Assembly: GCA_036676395.1 (NCBI GenBank) | Contig: JAKFCY010000002.1 | Coordinates: forward strand, 2,592,001 to 2,656,000 | Length of the DNA stretch: 64,000 nt | Origin: Bdellovibrio sp. | GTDB taxonomy: Bacteria > Bdellovibrionota > Bdellovibrionia > Bdellovibrionales > Bdellovibrionaceae | Reading direction: 5' to 3' | Shown here: piece by piece, positions 9,779 to 18,476 of the stretch | Layout of the letters: every line of letters starts with the position of its first letter | Position numbering within the stretch: the first letter of the stretch is position 1 | The notes under the pieces: generated by a model | What the model was told of the DNA's origin: nothing | The model's database searches: none | Seen by the model: the letters and a program-made list of their open reading frames with translations, nothing else | Translations under genes and position numbers: made by a program

Positions 9779-11242
9779 ATGAAACATCAACAAGCCCCAA
9801 AATGGTTATTAACAACTGCCTTACTAGCGGTTCTTGGTGCTAACTACGGTTTTCAAGCAAGCTCTTTAGCTTTACATAAAGACGCCGGCTTATTTGAAAT
9901 GTCTTCTGAAACATCTGGCGGCACAGGCGCACGCGGCGGTCGCAGCACTCCGAAAGTAACTACGACTTCTGCTTCGGCGTCGGCTACAGTGACAGCCTCG
10001 GCAACTGTTACAGCTTCACAAACAGTGGTTGCATCCGCAACAGCGTTACCTCGCACCGGCGAAAAACCAGCTGTCGATAATACAGGTAAAGAAGTTAACT
10101 TCGTTCGCGAAGGTAAAGTATTAGCAACTGGCACATGCGCTGATGGGGCATGTAAATCAGTGGTCTTAAATATGTCAACTTTAGAAAGTTTTGCTGCAAA
10201 TTTAGTTTCTGCAACTTCTCGCGTAGCTCCAACATCTCAAGTGGCTGCGGCAGTAACTGCTTCTGCTACGGTGGTAGCGTCTGCAGATGCAGAATATGAC
10301 TGTGATTTTACTGAAGACGGTAAACCTGAAACCCGCACGCAAAAACGTGACCGCTTAAAATGTGTTAAAAGTGAAAAAGAAAGAGTTAAAAAAGAAGACC
10401 GTATCGCTAAATTCGAAGATAAAATGGATGACATCAAAGACCGTTGCGAAGTGACTACTTCTGAAACTAAATTAGAGTGTTTAACGCGTGAATTTAACAA
10501 CGCAGTATCACGCTACTCTGGCCGTAACGCGATCCCTGCTAACGTAGCCCAACGTTACTTTAAAAATGTAGTAGGCGCTGAGTTAAGCAAAATGTTATTC
10601 AACAATGAAATCACGCCACAACAAGCTATGAGCACATTGCAAGATGTATTCGACGGTTTACCTTCTGAGTACGGTGTAATTCGCCAAAACATTTTAACTG
10701 CAATTCAAAACGAAACTAAAACTCGCGCTCAAGCTATCAACCAACAGTACAAATTGGCTGATACATTAAAAAACAAACCGCAACAAGCTGGCGAATACTT
10801 ACAATTAATGGGCGAAGCACAACAAGCTCAAACTGAACTTGGACAAATGGTTGATGTTTACTCGGCAGCAGCACGCACATCTGATGCTTTTTCTGAAGAC
10901 ACTAGCTTTTCAAGATACTACCAAACGAACTACATGCCACAAATGAGAAGTTTATTTGCTTCAATGGGTGTTCAAGGTTCTACGGGTACAACGACGACTC
11001 CTGAAAAAGTTGAAAATCCAACTCGTGGCAACACACGTGGTAGCGCAACAACAGGAACTTCAACTTCGATTCCAAGTGCTGGTACTCGCGGTCAAGCTAC
11101 AACAACTACTGCTAAAGTTGGAGCTTCGAACCCTCCACAATGGAGTTTCTTAGACAACTCTTCATCTGGAGTGCGTGTAGGTTCACCTTCGAACACTTCA
11201 AGCGGCAACACTCGCGGTGCTCGCTCGATGGGTAACAACTAA
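9779..11242 (+). CDS. Secreted hypothetical protein with Ala/Thr/Ser/Val-rich low-complexity ends
   Basis: RBS GGAGGA before ATG 9779 (track start at 9734 lies inside the promoter). Signal-like N-terminus, ATVTAS repeats, Cys-containing helical core, repeated TRG near the C-terminus. Confidence 0.8.
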   Translation: MKHQQAPKWLLTTALLAVLGANYGFQASSLALHKDAGLFEMSSETSGGTGARGGRSTPKVTTTSASASATVTASATVTASQTVVASATALPRTGEKPAVDNTGKEVNFVREGKVLATGTCADGACKSVVLNMSTLESFAANLVSATSRVAPTSQVAAAVTASATVVASADAEYDCDFTEDGKPETRTQKRDRLKCVKSEKERVKKEDRIAKFEDKMDDIKDRCEVTTSETKLECLTREFNNAVSRYSGRNAIPANVAQRYFKNVVGAELSKMLFNNEITPQQAMSTLQDVFDGLPSEYGVIRQNILTAIQNETKTRAQAINQQYKLADTLKNKPQQAGEYLQLMGEAQQAQTELGQMVDVYSAAARTSDAFSEDTSFSRYYQTNYMPQMRSLFASMGVQGSTGTTTTPEKVENPTRGNTRGSATTGTSTSIPSAGTRGQATTTTAKVGASNPPQWSFLDNSSSGVRVGSPSNTSSGNTRGARSMGNN

Positions 11243-11270
11243 GATTTACGATAGAAATTTGAATTTAAAT

Positions 11271-11303
11271 AAAAAAAAGCCAACCGTAACAGGTTGGCTT
11301 TTT
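11271..11303. terminator. Bidirectional rho-independent terminator, copy 1 of a 33-bp direct repeat
   Basis: A8-GCCAACC-GTAACA-GGTTGGC-T5 between convergent genes. Confidence 0.9.
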
Positions 11304-12120
11304 ACTTTTTCGCAAAACTCACTGGAATAATATTGAAATGAATTTGAAACAATCGGCGATCTTCATAAGTGTCTGGGTTAAATTTTGTCAAATTCTCGGC
11401 AGTAAATACGTCTAAACCTTCTAAGTAACTTTGAAACTCAGTTGTGTTCAAAGGCAGAAACATACTTTTAAAACGCCGCTCCTCTTTTGGTAATGCAATG
11501 GCCTGTTTAGCTTCTTCTAAATTTCTTTGATAAAATGCTTCTAGACCATGATGGCCAAACTGATCCGGAACTTTAAATGATTTTTGCAGGGGTTTAAAAC
11601 CATTCGGTGTTTTTTCGATAATTTGCAGCTCTAAAAGTTTTTCGATGGCCTGATTCACTTCAACTTCACTACAGCCTAAAATCCAACCTAGTGTATCTGC
11701 TGCTGGCGACACATCAGAAAAACTGAGCAATATTTGTAACCTTGGAAGTAAAGGATTTGATAAAAAATCATAATGATTATTAATCTCTAATTGATCAGAA
11801 GGTTGTTTTAGATAGCTGAGCAGTTTTTTCCAAAATACGTTTTTTTGCTCTTGAGTTTTACTTTGGGTGTAATGAGCCAGTACTGAAAAATAATCGCTAT
11901 CATCCTTATCTAGTTTTAAATTCTCGCTGAAAGCCGCGATCATTTTTTCGTTTAATGGCCTTTTTCCTAATACAATAAAACGAACATAGGATTTATCACT
12001 CGCCTTAAGCTCTTTGGCCCATACATCATATGAAAACTGGGGCTCACGCTTTTTTCTAAGCTGATAACAATCCTGAAGATACTGATAAACGTTTAGATAA
12101 TTTCTTATTTTTACTATCAT
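11302..12120 (-). CDS. TIGR02147/DUF4423-type protein with an N-terminal HTH-like domain
   Basis: YQYLQDCYQLRKKREPQFSY...GKRPL N-terminus and C-terminal A..AI.LP.EER....FQI.FNI.P pattern typical of this family. ATG 12120 preferred to the track start at 12174. Confidence 0.8.
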   Translation of the reverse strand: MIVKIRNYLNVYQYLQDCYQLRKKREPQFSYDVWAKELKASDKSYVRFIVLGKRPLNEKMIAAFSENLKLDKDDSDYFSVLAHYTQSKTQEQKNVFWKKLLSYLKQPSDQLEINNHYDFLSNPLLPRLQILLSFSDVSPAADTLGWILGCSEVEVNQAIEKLLELQIIEKTPNGFKPLQKSFKVPDQFGHHGLEAFYQRNLEEAKQAIALPKEERRFKSMFLPLNTTEFQSYLEGLDVFTAENLTKFNPDTYEDRRLFQIHFNIIPVSFAKK

Positions 12121-12156
12121 GCAGCCATGATTTATTAAAACTTCTTCAAAAGCAAA

Positions 12157-12175
12157 CGTGGACAACTTGTCCACG
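12157..12175. promoter_or_regulatory. Perfect 9+9 bp palindrome, candidate operator or activator site
   Basis: CGTGGACAA-C-TTGTCCACG in the divergent intergenic region. Confidence 0.55.
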
Positions 12176-12250
12176 CCAAATTTTACTTACTGCCAAACGT
12201 CTCTGCGTGGCCATTAGTTAAACACTCATATCGCAGATATCGCAGTTAGC

Positions 12251-12267
12251 TTGGCCATTTCTTTGCA
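12251..12267 (+). promoter_or_regulatory. Candidate sigma-54 promoter
   Basis: TTGGCCATTTCTTTGCA, close to the TGGCAC-N5-TTGCA consensus. Confidence 0.65.
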
Positions 12268-12353
12268 CTTATCAAGATCAAACAGTTTTTATTGTTTCTG
12301 CCTAAACGGGTGTGCTCGTAAAAACTAAACCCAACAAACCCGAAAGGAAATTT

Positions 12354-12740
12354 ATGAAACACATTTTTTTGATCTCTCTAATTACTTTATCGTCTGTTAT
12401 GGCTTTAGCTACTGGCAATGAAGGCAATGGTGTTGTCGGCAGCGTGAATACAAAAACGATTCAAGGCAAAGATGCCGCCGCAATCATGCACGTTTTAAAT
12501 ACCATCAGAACCGCAAATGTCGGCGAAACTGGTGAAAATGTGCAAAATGGCATTGAATTTTACGTTGGTGGATCTCAGGAAGGTTATGGTAACGACGATG
12601 TGACTGATCACTGGGAACAAATCTCAGGAAAAATCGGCGACTTAAATTTAGAATGTGAATCTCATGAATACATGACATACAAAGTAGCGAAAGCTAATAA
12701 AAACGCTTACAAAGACACTTTCATCTGCAAAACTAAATAA
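12354..12740 (+). CDS. Small secreted hypothetical protein
   Basis: RBS AAGGA before ATG 12354. Signal peptide MKHIFLISLITLSSVMALA, two C-terminal Cys. Confidence 0.8.
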   Translation: MKHIFLISLITLSSVMALATGNEGNGVVGSVNTKTIQGKDAAAIMHVLNTIRTANVGETGENVQNGIEFYVGGSQEGYGNDDVTDHWEQISGKIGDLNLECESHEYMTYKVAKANKNAYKDTFICKTK

Positions 12741-12760
12741 GACTTAAAGAACAAATCCCA

Positions 12761-12793
12761 AAAAAAAAGCCAACCGTAACAGGTTGGCTTTTT
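12761..12793. terminator. Bidirectional terminator, copy 2 of the 33-bp direct repeat
   Basis: Identical to 11271-11303. Confidence 0.9.
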
Positions 12794-12822
12794 TCGTTTG
12801 TTTAGAAACTTAAACTTATTGT

Positions 12823-12966
12823 CTTACAGCGGCGTAAGCTCTTCGAAAATCCGGCGGGAGTTTCCCCCCGCCGGCCCTGCTCAAGCCAACATCACCAGCT
12901 GTAGTACACATTCTGTGTTCAAGTTGTCATCCTAAGCTGTCGTACATGCTGTCATCACGTTGTAAG
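12823..12966 (-). ncRNA. Putative structured RNA or repeat element of unknown family
   Basis: GC-rich 10-bp stem with GAAA tetraloop on the minus strand (12851-12874), near-complementary ends, and no convincing ORF. Confidence 0.3.
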
Positions 12967-12971
12967 TAATC

Positions 12972-14381
12972 TTAAAAGGTGATGGCGGCTCTAGTCGTTA
13001 ATCCATATGTTGTCTTACTATCGAAGCTGTTGGTTCCACCTTCCCAAGCGGCACCGGGAAACAACACTCCTAAACCTGTCGACCACGTTACGCGTTCACG
13101 CGGTTTATAGACAAGCTCTACATCTAATTCTAGGCCCAAGTCTTTTTTCATGTCTACAAATTTCTTTTCATTCATTAATTGAGCGTAAACAATCGTTGCC
13201 TTTAGATCGATTTGATCATCGTATGCATACTTCACAGTTGGTGCTAAGAACATTGCATTTGTTACGGCTTCATCATCTGCAGAATTTTGCGTACTTAAAC
13301 CACTTGCTCCATCATTTGCATGAATCGGAGACGTTCCGATAATGTCTGCTGAACCTAAACGGTGATTAAATAATAAAAATCCTAAATCATAATTGCGATC
13401 TAAGATGTAACCTTCGTAAGTGTCTGCTGTATCTGGGTTATCACCACTGACAACGCCGGCTTTACCAGAGTATTCCCAAGAACTTTCGCCCGGAGGAAAT
13501 AAACCTTCCATAACAACTGCATATGAATCGACTTTGATTTCTGCGGCAGCTGCATTTGTTACACCCGTGTTACCAGTTAAGAAGCTGGCTTCGATTTTAA
13601 ATTCAAACGCAGACCATTTTCTTTCTAAGAAAATATTAACTGTTTGAGTTTTTAAACCTGTAGTTGCAGATGTAACGCCGCTTGGCAATTCAGCCGCACC
13701 GTAATCATTATAGGCTGGCCCTGCAGAACGTGTTTGGTGAAACAACCCTGCGCGAGAACCTGCATCTTTATTATTGTACTCTAAAATATAGATTTGGTCA
13801 GTTGCTACGCCACCACCGAAATCATCTTGTGATACACGGGCAATCATTGGTGCAATTGATAAGTTATCAACAACAAAACGGTACGAAATAACTTCTTTCG
13901 TATCTATCCAATGATCAAATTGGCCTTTACCCGCGTTATGCGTGATACCAATACCGAATTCAACCGGAGCGCGGCCAACTAATAACGAACCATATTCATG
14001 ATTTACGTTTAAATATAATTGGCTGACTTGAATAGAAGATGAATTTTGATTTTGTGAAGTCGCATTTGATCCATTTGCGCCAGCTGACCCATCATTTAAA
14101 CCAGTGCCGATGATTGAACCCATTTGTGAGTTTTTATAAGCTGGCAATTGGTTTGCCATCACATCAAAACGACTGTGGATATTGATGCCATCAGATCCGA
14201 TGATACGAGGTTGTAAGTATAAAAAATTAAGCGCGTAGCTTTTGCCTAATTTTTGATTTGCCAAAGAAGTGCTATTTACACCAGTGTATTCAGCGCGGTA
14301 GCCACCAGTCCAATCAATCGAAATAGCGGCCGCAGTTTGCGATACAAGTAATGCAGCTACAAAAAGTTGTGAAAGTTTCAT
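12972..14381 (-). CDS. Outer-membrane beta-barrel protein (porin/alginate-export-like)
   Basis: Signal peptide, amphipathic beta strands, DLGLELDVELVY motif, C-terminal Phe. Confidence 0.75.
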   Translation of the reverse strand: MKLSQLFVAALLVSQTAAAISIDWTGGYRAEYTGVNSTSLANQKLGKSYALNFLYLQPRIIGSDGINIHSRFDVMANQLPAYKNSQMGSIIGTGLNDGSAGANGSNATSQNQNSSSIQVSQLYLNVNHEYGSLLVGRAPVEFGIGITHNAGKGQFDHWIDTKEVISYRFVVDNLSIAPMIARVSQDDFGGGVATDQIYILEYNNKDAGSRAGLFHQTRSAGPAYNDYGAAELPSGVTSATTGLKTQTVNIFLERKWSAFEFKIEASFLTGNTGVTNAAAAEIKVDSYAVVMEGLFPPGESSWEYSGKAGVVSGDNPDTADTYEGYILDRNYDLGFLLFNHRLGSADIIGTSPIHANDGASGLSTQNSADDEAVTNAMFLAPTVKYAYDDQIDLKATIVYAQLMNEKKFVDMKKDLGLELDVELVYKPRERVTWSTGLGVLFPGAAWEGGTNSFDSKTTYGLTTRAAITF

Positions 14382-14396
14382 CGTCAGTTCCCCTTA

Positions 14397-14963
14397 TTAT
14401 TCTGTCACACCAAGAATTTCATTCTCGTGCACGATATGTAGATCTTCATTATTAAATTTAACTTTAGTGCTTGAATATTCATTGAATAAAACCGTGTCAC
14501 CGATTTTTACATCAAGCAGTTTGTGGTGGCCCTTTTTAGTATAAGTGCCATGACCCGCAGCTAAAACTTCACCTTTAAGGTAACCTTCAGTTGAAGACAT
14601 TGAATCCGGAAGAATTAATCCGCCCGGAGACACTTTTTCAGTTTTAACTAAACGAATCACTAAACGATCGCCTAATGGCGTGATCGCTTTTGTGTAATCA
14701 ACTTTAACTACTGCAGCTTTTGCAGGAGCCTGAGCCGGCCGCGCCGCTTTTTTAGCCGTAACTTTTTTAGCAGGTTTAGCTTTTACAGTTTTTTTAACTG
14801 GAGCAGATTTTTTAATAGCTTTTTTAGGAGTTACCTTTTTAGGGGCCTTCTTTGCTGTAGTTTTTTTCACAGCTTTTTTAACTGGCTTGGCTTTAGCTTT
14901 AGGTTTTGCAGTCGCCTTTTTAGCTGGAGCTTTTTTAACTGGTTTTTTCGTTTTCTTAGCCAC
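14397..14963 (-). CDS. groES: Co-chaperonin GroES with an N-terminal Lys/Ala/Pro-rich extension
   Basis: ITPLGDRLVI..SPGGLILPD..GEVLAAG.G..VKIGDTVLF..EILGV is the Cpn10 signature. GTG at 14963 is preceded by GAGGAG and overlaps the upstream stop. Confidence 0.85.
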   Translation of the reverse strand: MAKKTKKPVKKAPAKKATAKPKAKAKPVKKAVKKTTAKKAPKKVTPKKAIKKSAPVKKTVKAKPAKKVTAKKAARPAQAPAKAAVVKVDYTKAITPLGDRLVIRLVKTEKVSPGGLILPDSMSSTEGYLKGEVLAAGHGTYTKKGHHKLLDVKIGDTVLFNEYSSTKVKFNNEDLHIVHENEILGVTE

Positions 14964-15225
14964 GACGGTTTTTCTCCTCTTCATAATATTTCTTGTACAT
15001 GATTTCCCATTCTGAGGTGCCTTCCATGACATTGCGTTTTAGAGACGCTACTTTTTCACGGGCTTTGGTATCAATTTCTGCATCTTCGCGAACAAACAGA
15101 ACAATAGCGCGTCTCGCGGCTACTAAAGCCTGGTCATCATCAGAAAAATCGACGATGTCATCGCCCCAAACTTTATCTGTGATAACTTTAGCCCAATGAC
15201 CGATACGCTCTTCAGAAAGAATCAT
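14956..15225 (-). CDS. DUF507-family protein
   Basis: MILSEERI...ID.KAREKV.SLKRNV.EG.SEW.IMY.KYYEEE pattern. Coupled to the upstream gene. Confidence 0.75.
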   Translation of the reverse strand: MILSEERIGHWAKVITDKVWGDDIVDFSDDDQALVAARRAIVLFVREDAEIDTKAREKVASLKRNVMEGTSEWEIMYKKYYEEEKNRRG

Positions 15226-15500
15226 AAGATCACCTTTTTCTCTTTGGCTAATTTCATTTTTAATAAATTAAACATCTTGCCGCGTTGAAATTCTTGGCCT
15301 TCACGTTCCATGTGATCCATCAAAGCATGCACATCTTTTTCTAATGCAATTTCAGCCTGCAACTCTACGTTGATGGCGTCTTTCATGGCTTGCAGAACTT
15401 TAGATTCTTCAACCTTTAACGTGATTAGATTATTTGTTTTCCACTCTTTTAAGATTTTTTCAGACAGTCTTTGTATTTGACTTGCAGATAGCTTCATCAT
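15222..15500 (-). CDS. DUF507-family protein (second paralogue type)
   Basis: MKLS..QI..L...I....E..LE..V...KMF...K.KLAKEK.VIL pattern. Confidence 0.75.
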   Translation of the reverse strand: MMKLSASQIQRLSEKILKEWKTNNLITLKVEESKVLQAMKDAINVELQAEIALEKDVHALMDHMEREGQEFQRGKMFNLLKMKLAKEKKVIL

Positions 15501-15511
15501 TGTAATTACTT

Positions 15512-17761
15512 ATGTCCTTTTATTCGATATTAAAGACCAGTTTTTTTATTCTTACAAGCGCAATATCTTTAAGCGTCAGCGCCATTGATATACAAGAGGA
15601 GTTTGAAAGCAAACTCTCTTCACAAGCCATTTTACAATCGACAAAGTACTATGCCAGAGGGCTTTCGTACAAAATTAACCAGAAATTCGACGCAAAAGCT
15701 GTGCAGAAGAGCTTTTTAGACAAAGGTTATCGCGAAAGAGCAGGAGATCAGGTCATTTTAGCTGGAGATTTCATCACCCTACAAGCGCAAGCCTGCAGCA
15801 ACTTGTTCGGCATTTCTCTGATGCAGGATTCCACATGTTTTCACTGGAAGAACCAAACCAGCACGCTAAGTGGTTCAGAATCTTATGTGGCCGTGATCTA
15901 CCAAAACACCATTCAGCAAATTTTCAAAGCTGACCCGACTCGTGTTGTGACATCGGCGCAAACCGATCCAGTGATGGTGGCGCAGTTTCGCAACAACGAA
16001 CCGCTGATGCAAGAAGAGCTTAAATTGGCCGATTATCCGGTTCAGTGTTTGAATGCTGTGATCGCCATCGAAGATAATGATTTTTTAGATCATTCTGGTA
16101 TCAGCATCATGGGTCTGGCGCGCGCAGCGGTAAAAAATATTATGGCTTTACGAAAAGCCCAAGGTGGATCAACGATCACGCAACAATTAGTGAAAAATTA
16201 CTTTCTAACTCCAGAAAAAACTTATTCGCGCAAAGCCAAAGAACTTTACATGGCCGTAAAACTTGAATCCAAATGGAGCAAAGATGAAATTCTGCAAACT
16301 TACTTAAATGTGATCTACATGGGGCAAAGTGGAGCTTTTCAAGTGCGTGGTTTTGGCGCGGCCAGCCACTATTATTTTGGTAAAACAATTACGCAGCTAA
16401 ATTTATCAGAATGTGCGTTATTAGCAGCCATCGTTAACAATCCAGGCTTAAATAATCCCTGGAAAAAAACTGAAAAAGCAAAAATTCGTCGTCAGTTAGT
16501 GTTATCAAAGATGAAAGAACTTAAACTGATCACCGAAGATGAGTTTAAAAAAGCGAATGAATATAGGATGCCCGCACCAGCAGTTGTGAAAGCGACAGAA
16601 ACGGCACCCTACTATTTCGAAGCCGTTAGAAAACAAGCTACAGAACTTGGAATTACGATTGAAGGCACGACTTTTTACACAAGTCTTGATCTAACAATTC
16701 AAGAAACCGCACAAAAAGCTTTGCAATCCGGAATCAAAAATCTAACCGAGACAAAAAAATCTCTAATTAAGAAAAAAGCCAATGGTTTAGAACTTCAAGG
16801 TGTGGTTCTAGCGACAGATAATCAATCTGGCTTTGTCACCGCCTTTGTCGGCGGGCAAAATTTTCGCCAATCGCAGTTTAATCGCGCTCTTTATGCTAAA
16901 CGCCAAGTGGGCTCACTGATTAAGCCTTTTGTTTATCTATCGGGTTTGCAATACGGCTTAACAGATGAATCATCGGTAACGCCGACAACAACTCTGAATG
17001 ATCAGGCGTTCGAGTGGAAGTTTGATAATAACCGTAAAACATGGAAGCCAGAAAACTACGATAAAAAATTTCGCGGCGAGATCCCTTACTTTTTTGCTTT
17101 AAAAGAAAGTCTAAATTCGCCGACGGCACAAATTGCCCATCAGGTTGGAATCGAAAAAGTCATCGAATTATCGCACCTGCTTGGGTTAACCTCAGATATG
17201 ACTGCATTACCTGCGACTTCACTGGGATCAAGCCAGCACACGCCGCTTGAAGTGCTGCAAGCTTACAGCAATATTTCACGTTTTGGTGACCAGATTAAAT
17301 TGTCATTTATTGAAAAGGCTTTCGATGATTCAGGAAAATTACTTTTCGAATCAACTGCGAACTTTGAACCACAGCCCGAAAGTAAATCTGATAAAACAAA
17401 AACAGCGGTACTTGTGGGAATGATGAAAGAAACGATGCAATCTGGTACTGCCAAGTATGTCGTCGCCTCTGGATTTAAAAAACCATCTGCAGGCAAGACT
17501 GGAACCACATCTGACGGAAAAGACGCTTGGTTTGCCGGGTTTACTCCGAGTACAACAGCGATTGTATGGATTGGTTTTGATCAAAGCTTGGCAACAGCGT
17601 TAACCGGCGGTGGTGCCGCTGTGCCGATCTGGACAAACTTTATGAAACAAATCACTGAATCAGATTCAGATAGCGATTTTATTTGGCCCGATACTGTTGA
17701 AATCAAAGAAATTGAATCAACAGTAGACCAGAAAAAAATAAATTTAGTTTTTGAAAAATAG
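15512..17761 (+). CDS. mrcB: Bifunctional class A penicillin-binding protein (PBP1B-like)
   Basis: Transglycosylase motifs EDNDFLDH.G, GGSTITQQLVKN, RKAKE, SKDEIL..YLN. Transpeptidase GSLIK (SxxK), SLN, KTGT. Confidence 0.85.
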   Translation: MSFYSILKTSFFILTSAISLSVSAIDIQEEFESKLSSQAILQSTKYYARGLSYKINQKFDAKAVQKSFLDKGYRERAGDQVILAGDFITLQAQACSNLFGISLMQDSTCFHWKNQTSTLSGSESYVAVIYQNTIQQIFKADPTRVVTSAQTDPVMVAQFRNNEPLMQEELKLADYPVQCLNAVIAIEDNDFLDHSGISIMGLARAAVKNIMALRKAQGGSTITQQLVKNYFLTPEKTYSRKAKELYMAVKLESKWSKDEILQTYLNVIYMGQSGAFQVRGFGAASHYYFGKTITQLNLSECALLAAIVNNPGLNNPWKKTEKAKIRRQLVLSKMKELKLITEDEFKKANEYRMPAPAVVKATETAPYYFEAVRKQATELGITIEGTTFYTSLDLTIQETAQKALQSGIKNLTETKKSLIKKKANGLELQGVVLATDNQSGFVTAFVGGQNFRQSQFNRALYAKRQVGSLIKPFVYLSGLQYGLTDESSVTPTTTLNDQAFEWKFDNNRKTWKPENYDKKFRGEIPYFFALKESLNSPTAQIAHQVGIEKVIELSHLLGLTSDMTALPATSLGSSQHTPLEVLQAYSNISRFGDQIKLSFIEKAFDDSGKLLFESTANFEPQPESKSDKTKTAVLVGMMKETMQSGTAKYVVASGFKKPSAGKTGTTSDGKDAWFAGFTPSTTAIVWIGFDQSLATALTGGGAAVPIWTNFMKQITESDSDSDFIWPDTVEIKEIESTVDQKKINLVFEK

Positions 17762-17762
17762 T

Positions 17763-18290
17763 TTAGTCATTACCTTTGTATTCTTTATCCAGATCAAGAT
17801 CACAACCATTTTTAAAAACATCACCATTTGGTCTTACATAAGTGACCATAACAATGGCGTGATTTTTTTTAGTTTTTTCAACTTCTAAAATTTCAGAAGA
17901 ACCGTCTTTTCTATCAACAGCTGTGATTGATACTTTTGTTTCTGAAAAACTGGCTTGTGTAATTTTATCATCAATCGACATAAATGTAATGCCCACTGGA
18001 TTCGGATGGTAACTATCCAAGAAAGCCTCTAATGGAAAAGCTTTATTTTCGCGTAAAGAAGATGAAAGTGTTTCGGGATTAACCGAAAAAACTCCACCAA
18101 CGCATCTATGAACATTAAATGGATTTTTCGACACACCGACAATGTGACCTCTAAATTCGCCTTTAGGTAAGAAATTAGCGATCGTTTGAAAAGCAAAAAG
18201 TTTTTCTTCGCGACCCAATTCGTCTTGAATTCCTTCAGCGAAGCTGTTTAAAGACAATAGAACCGTTGCAGCTAATAAAATACTTTTCAT
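17763..18290 (-). CDS. Secreted hypothetical protein
   Basis: RBS AGGAG and signal peptide ending NSFA. Confidence 0.75.
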   Translation of the reverse strand: MKSILLAATVLLSLNSFAEGIQDELGREEKLFAFQTIANFLPKGEFRGHIVGVSKNPFNVHRCVGGVFSVNPETLSSSLRENKAFPLEAFLDSYHPNPVGITFMSIDDKITQASFSETKVSITAVDRKDGSSEILEVEKTKKNHAIVMVTYVRPNGDVFKNGCDLDLDKEYKGND

Positions 18291-18336
18291 AAAAACTCCT
18301 TTTGAAAACTTTCAATTTTCTAACAAAAGAAGATAT

Positions 18337-18352
18337 TGCCAAAGACAGGCCA
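18337..18352 (-). promoter_or_regulatory. Candidate sigma-54 promoter
   Basis: Minus strand TGGCCTGTCTTTGGCA (GG-N10-GC). Confidence 0.45.
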
Positions 18353-18454
18353 GATAAAATTAGATAGAAATGAATTTAGTAGGAATAGCGACGGCCAGAA
18401 AAGACCGCGGCCATTAATTGCTAGTCAGCTGTTATTTACGGCGAACAATAGCCA

Positions 18455-18469
18455 GTCTCAGATTGAGAC
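18455..18469. promoter_or_regulatory. Palindrome GTCTCA-N3-TGAGAC, candidate regulator site
   Basis: Perfect 6+6 palindrome. The same palindrome recurs at 33363-33377. Confidence 0.5.
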
Positions 18470-18476
18470 AAGCTTG

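Noticed and set aside
12878..12903. Minus-strand ACAGCTGGTGATGTTGGCTTGAGCAG resembles the 23S rRNA L11-binding region; also considered tmRNA, 6S, SRP, c-di-GMP riboswitch and a 31-aa ORF
   Set aside because: The similarity is short and the partner strand is missing, none of the other families' signature motifs are present, and the ORF has no RBS.
14964..15032. Longer groES start in the track
   Set aside because: It lies inside the DUF507 gene, and GTG 14963 has the RBS.
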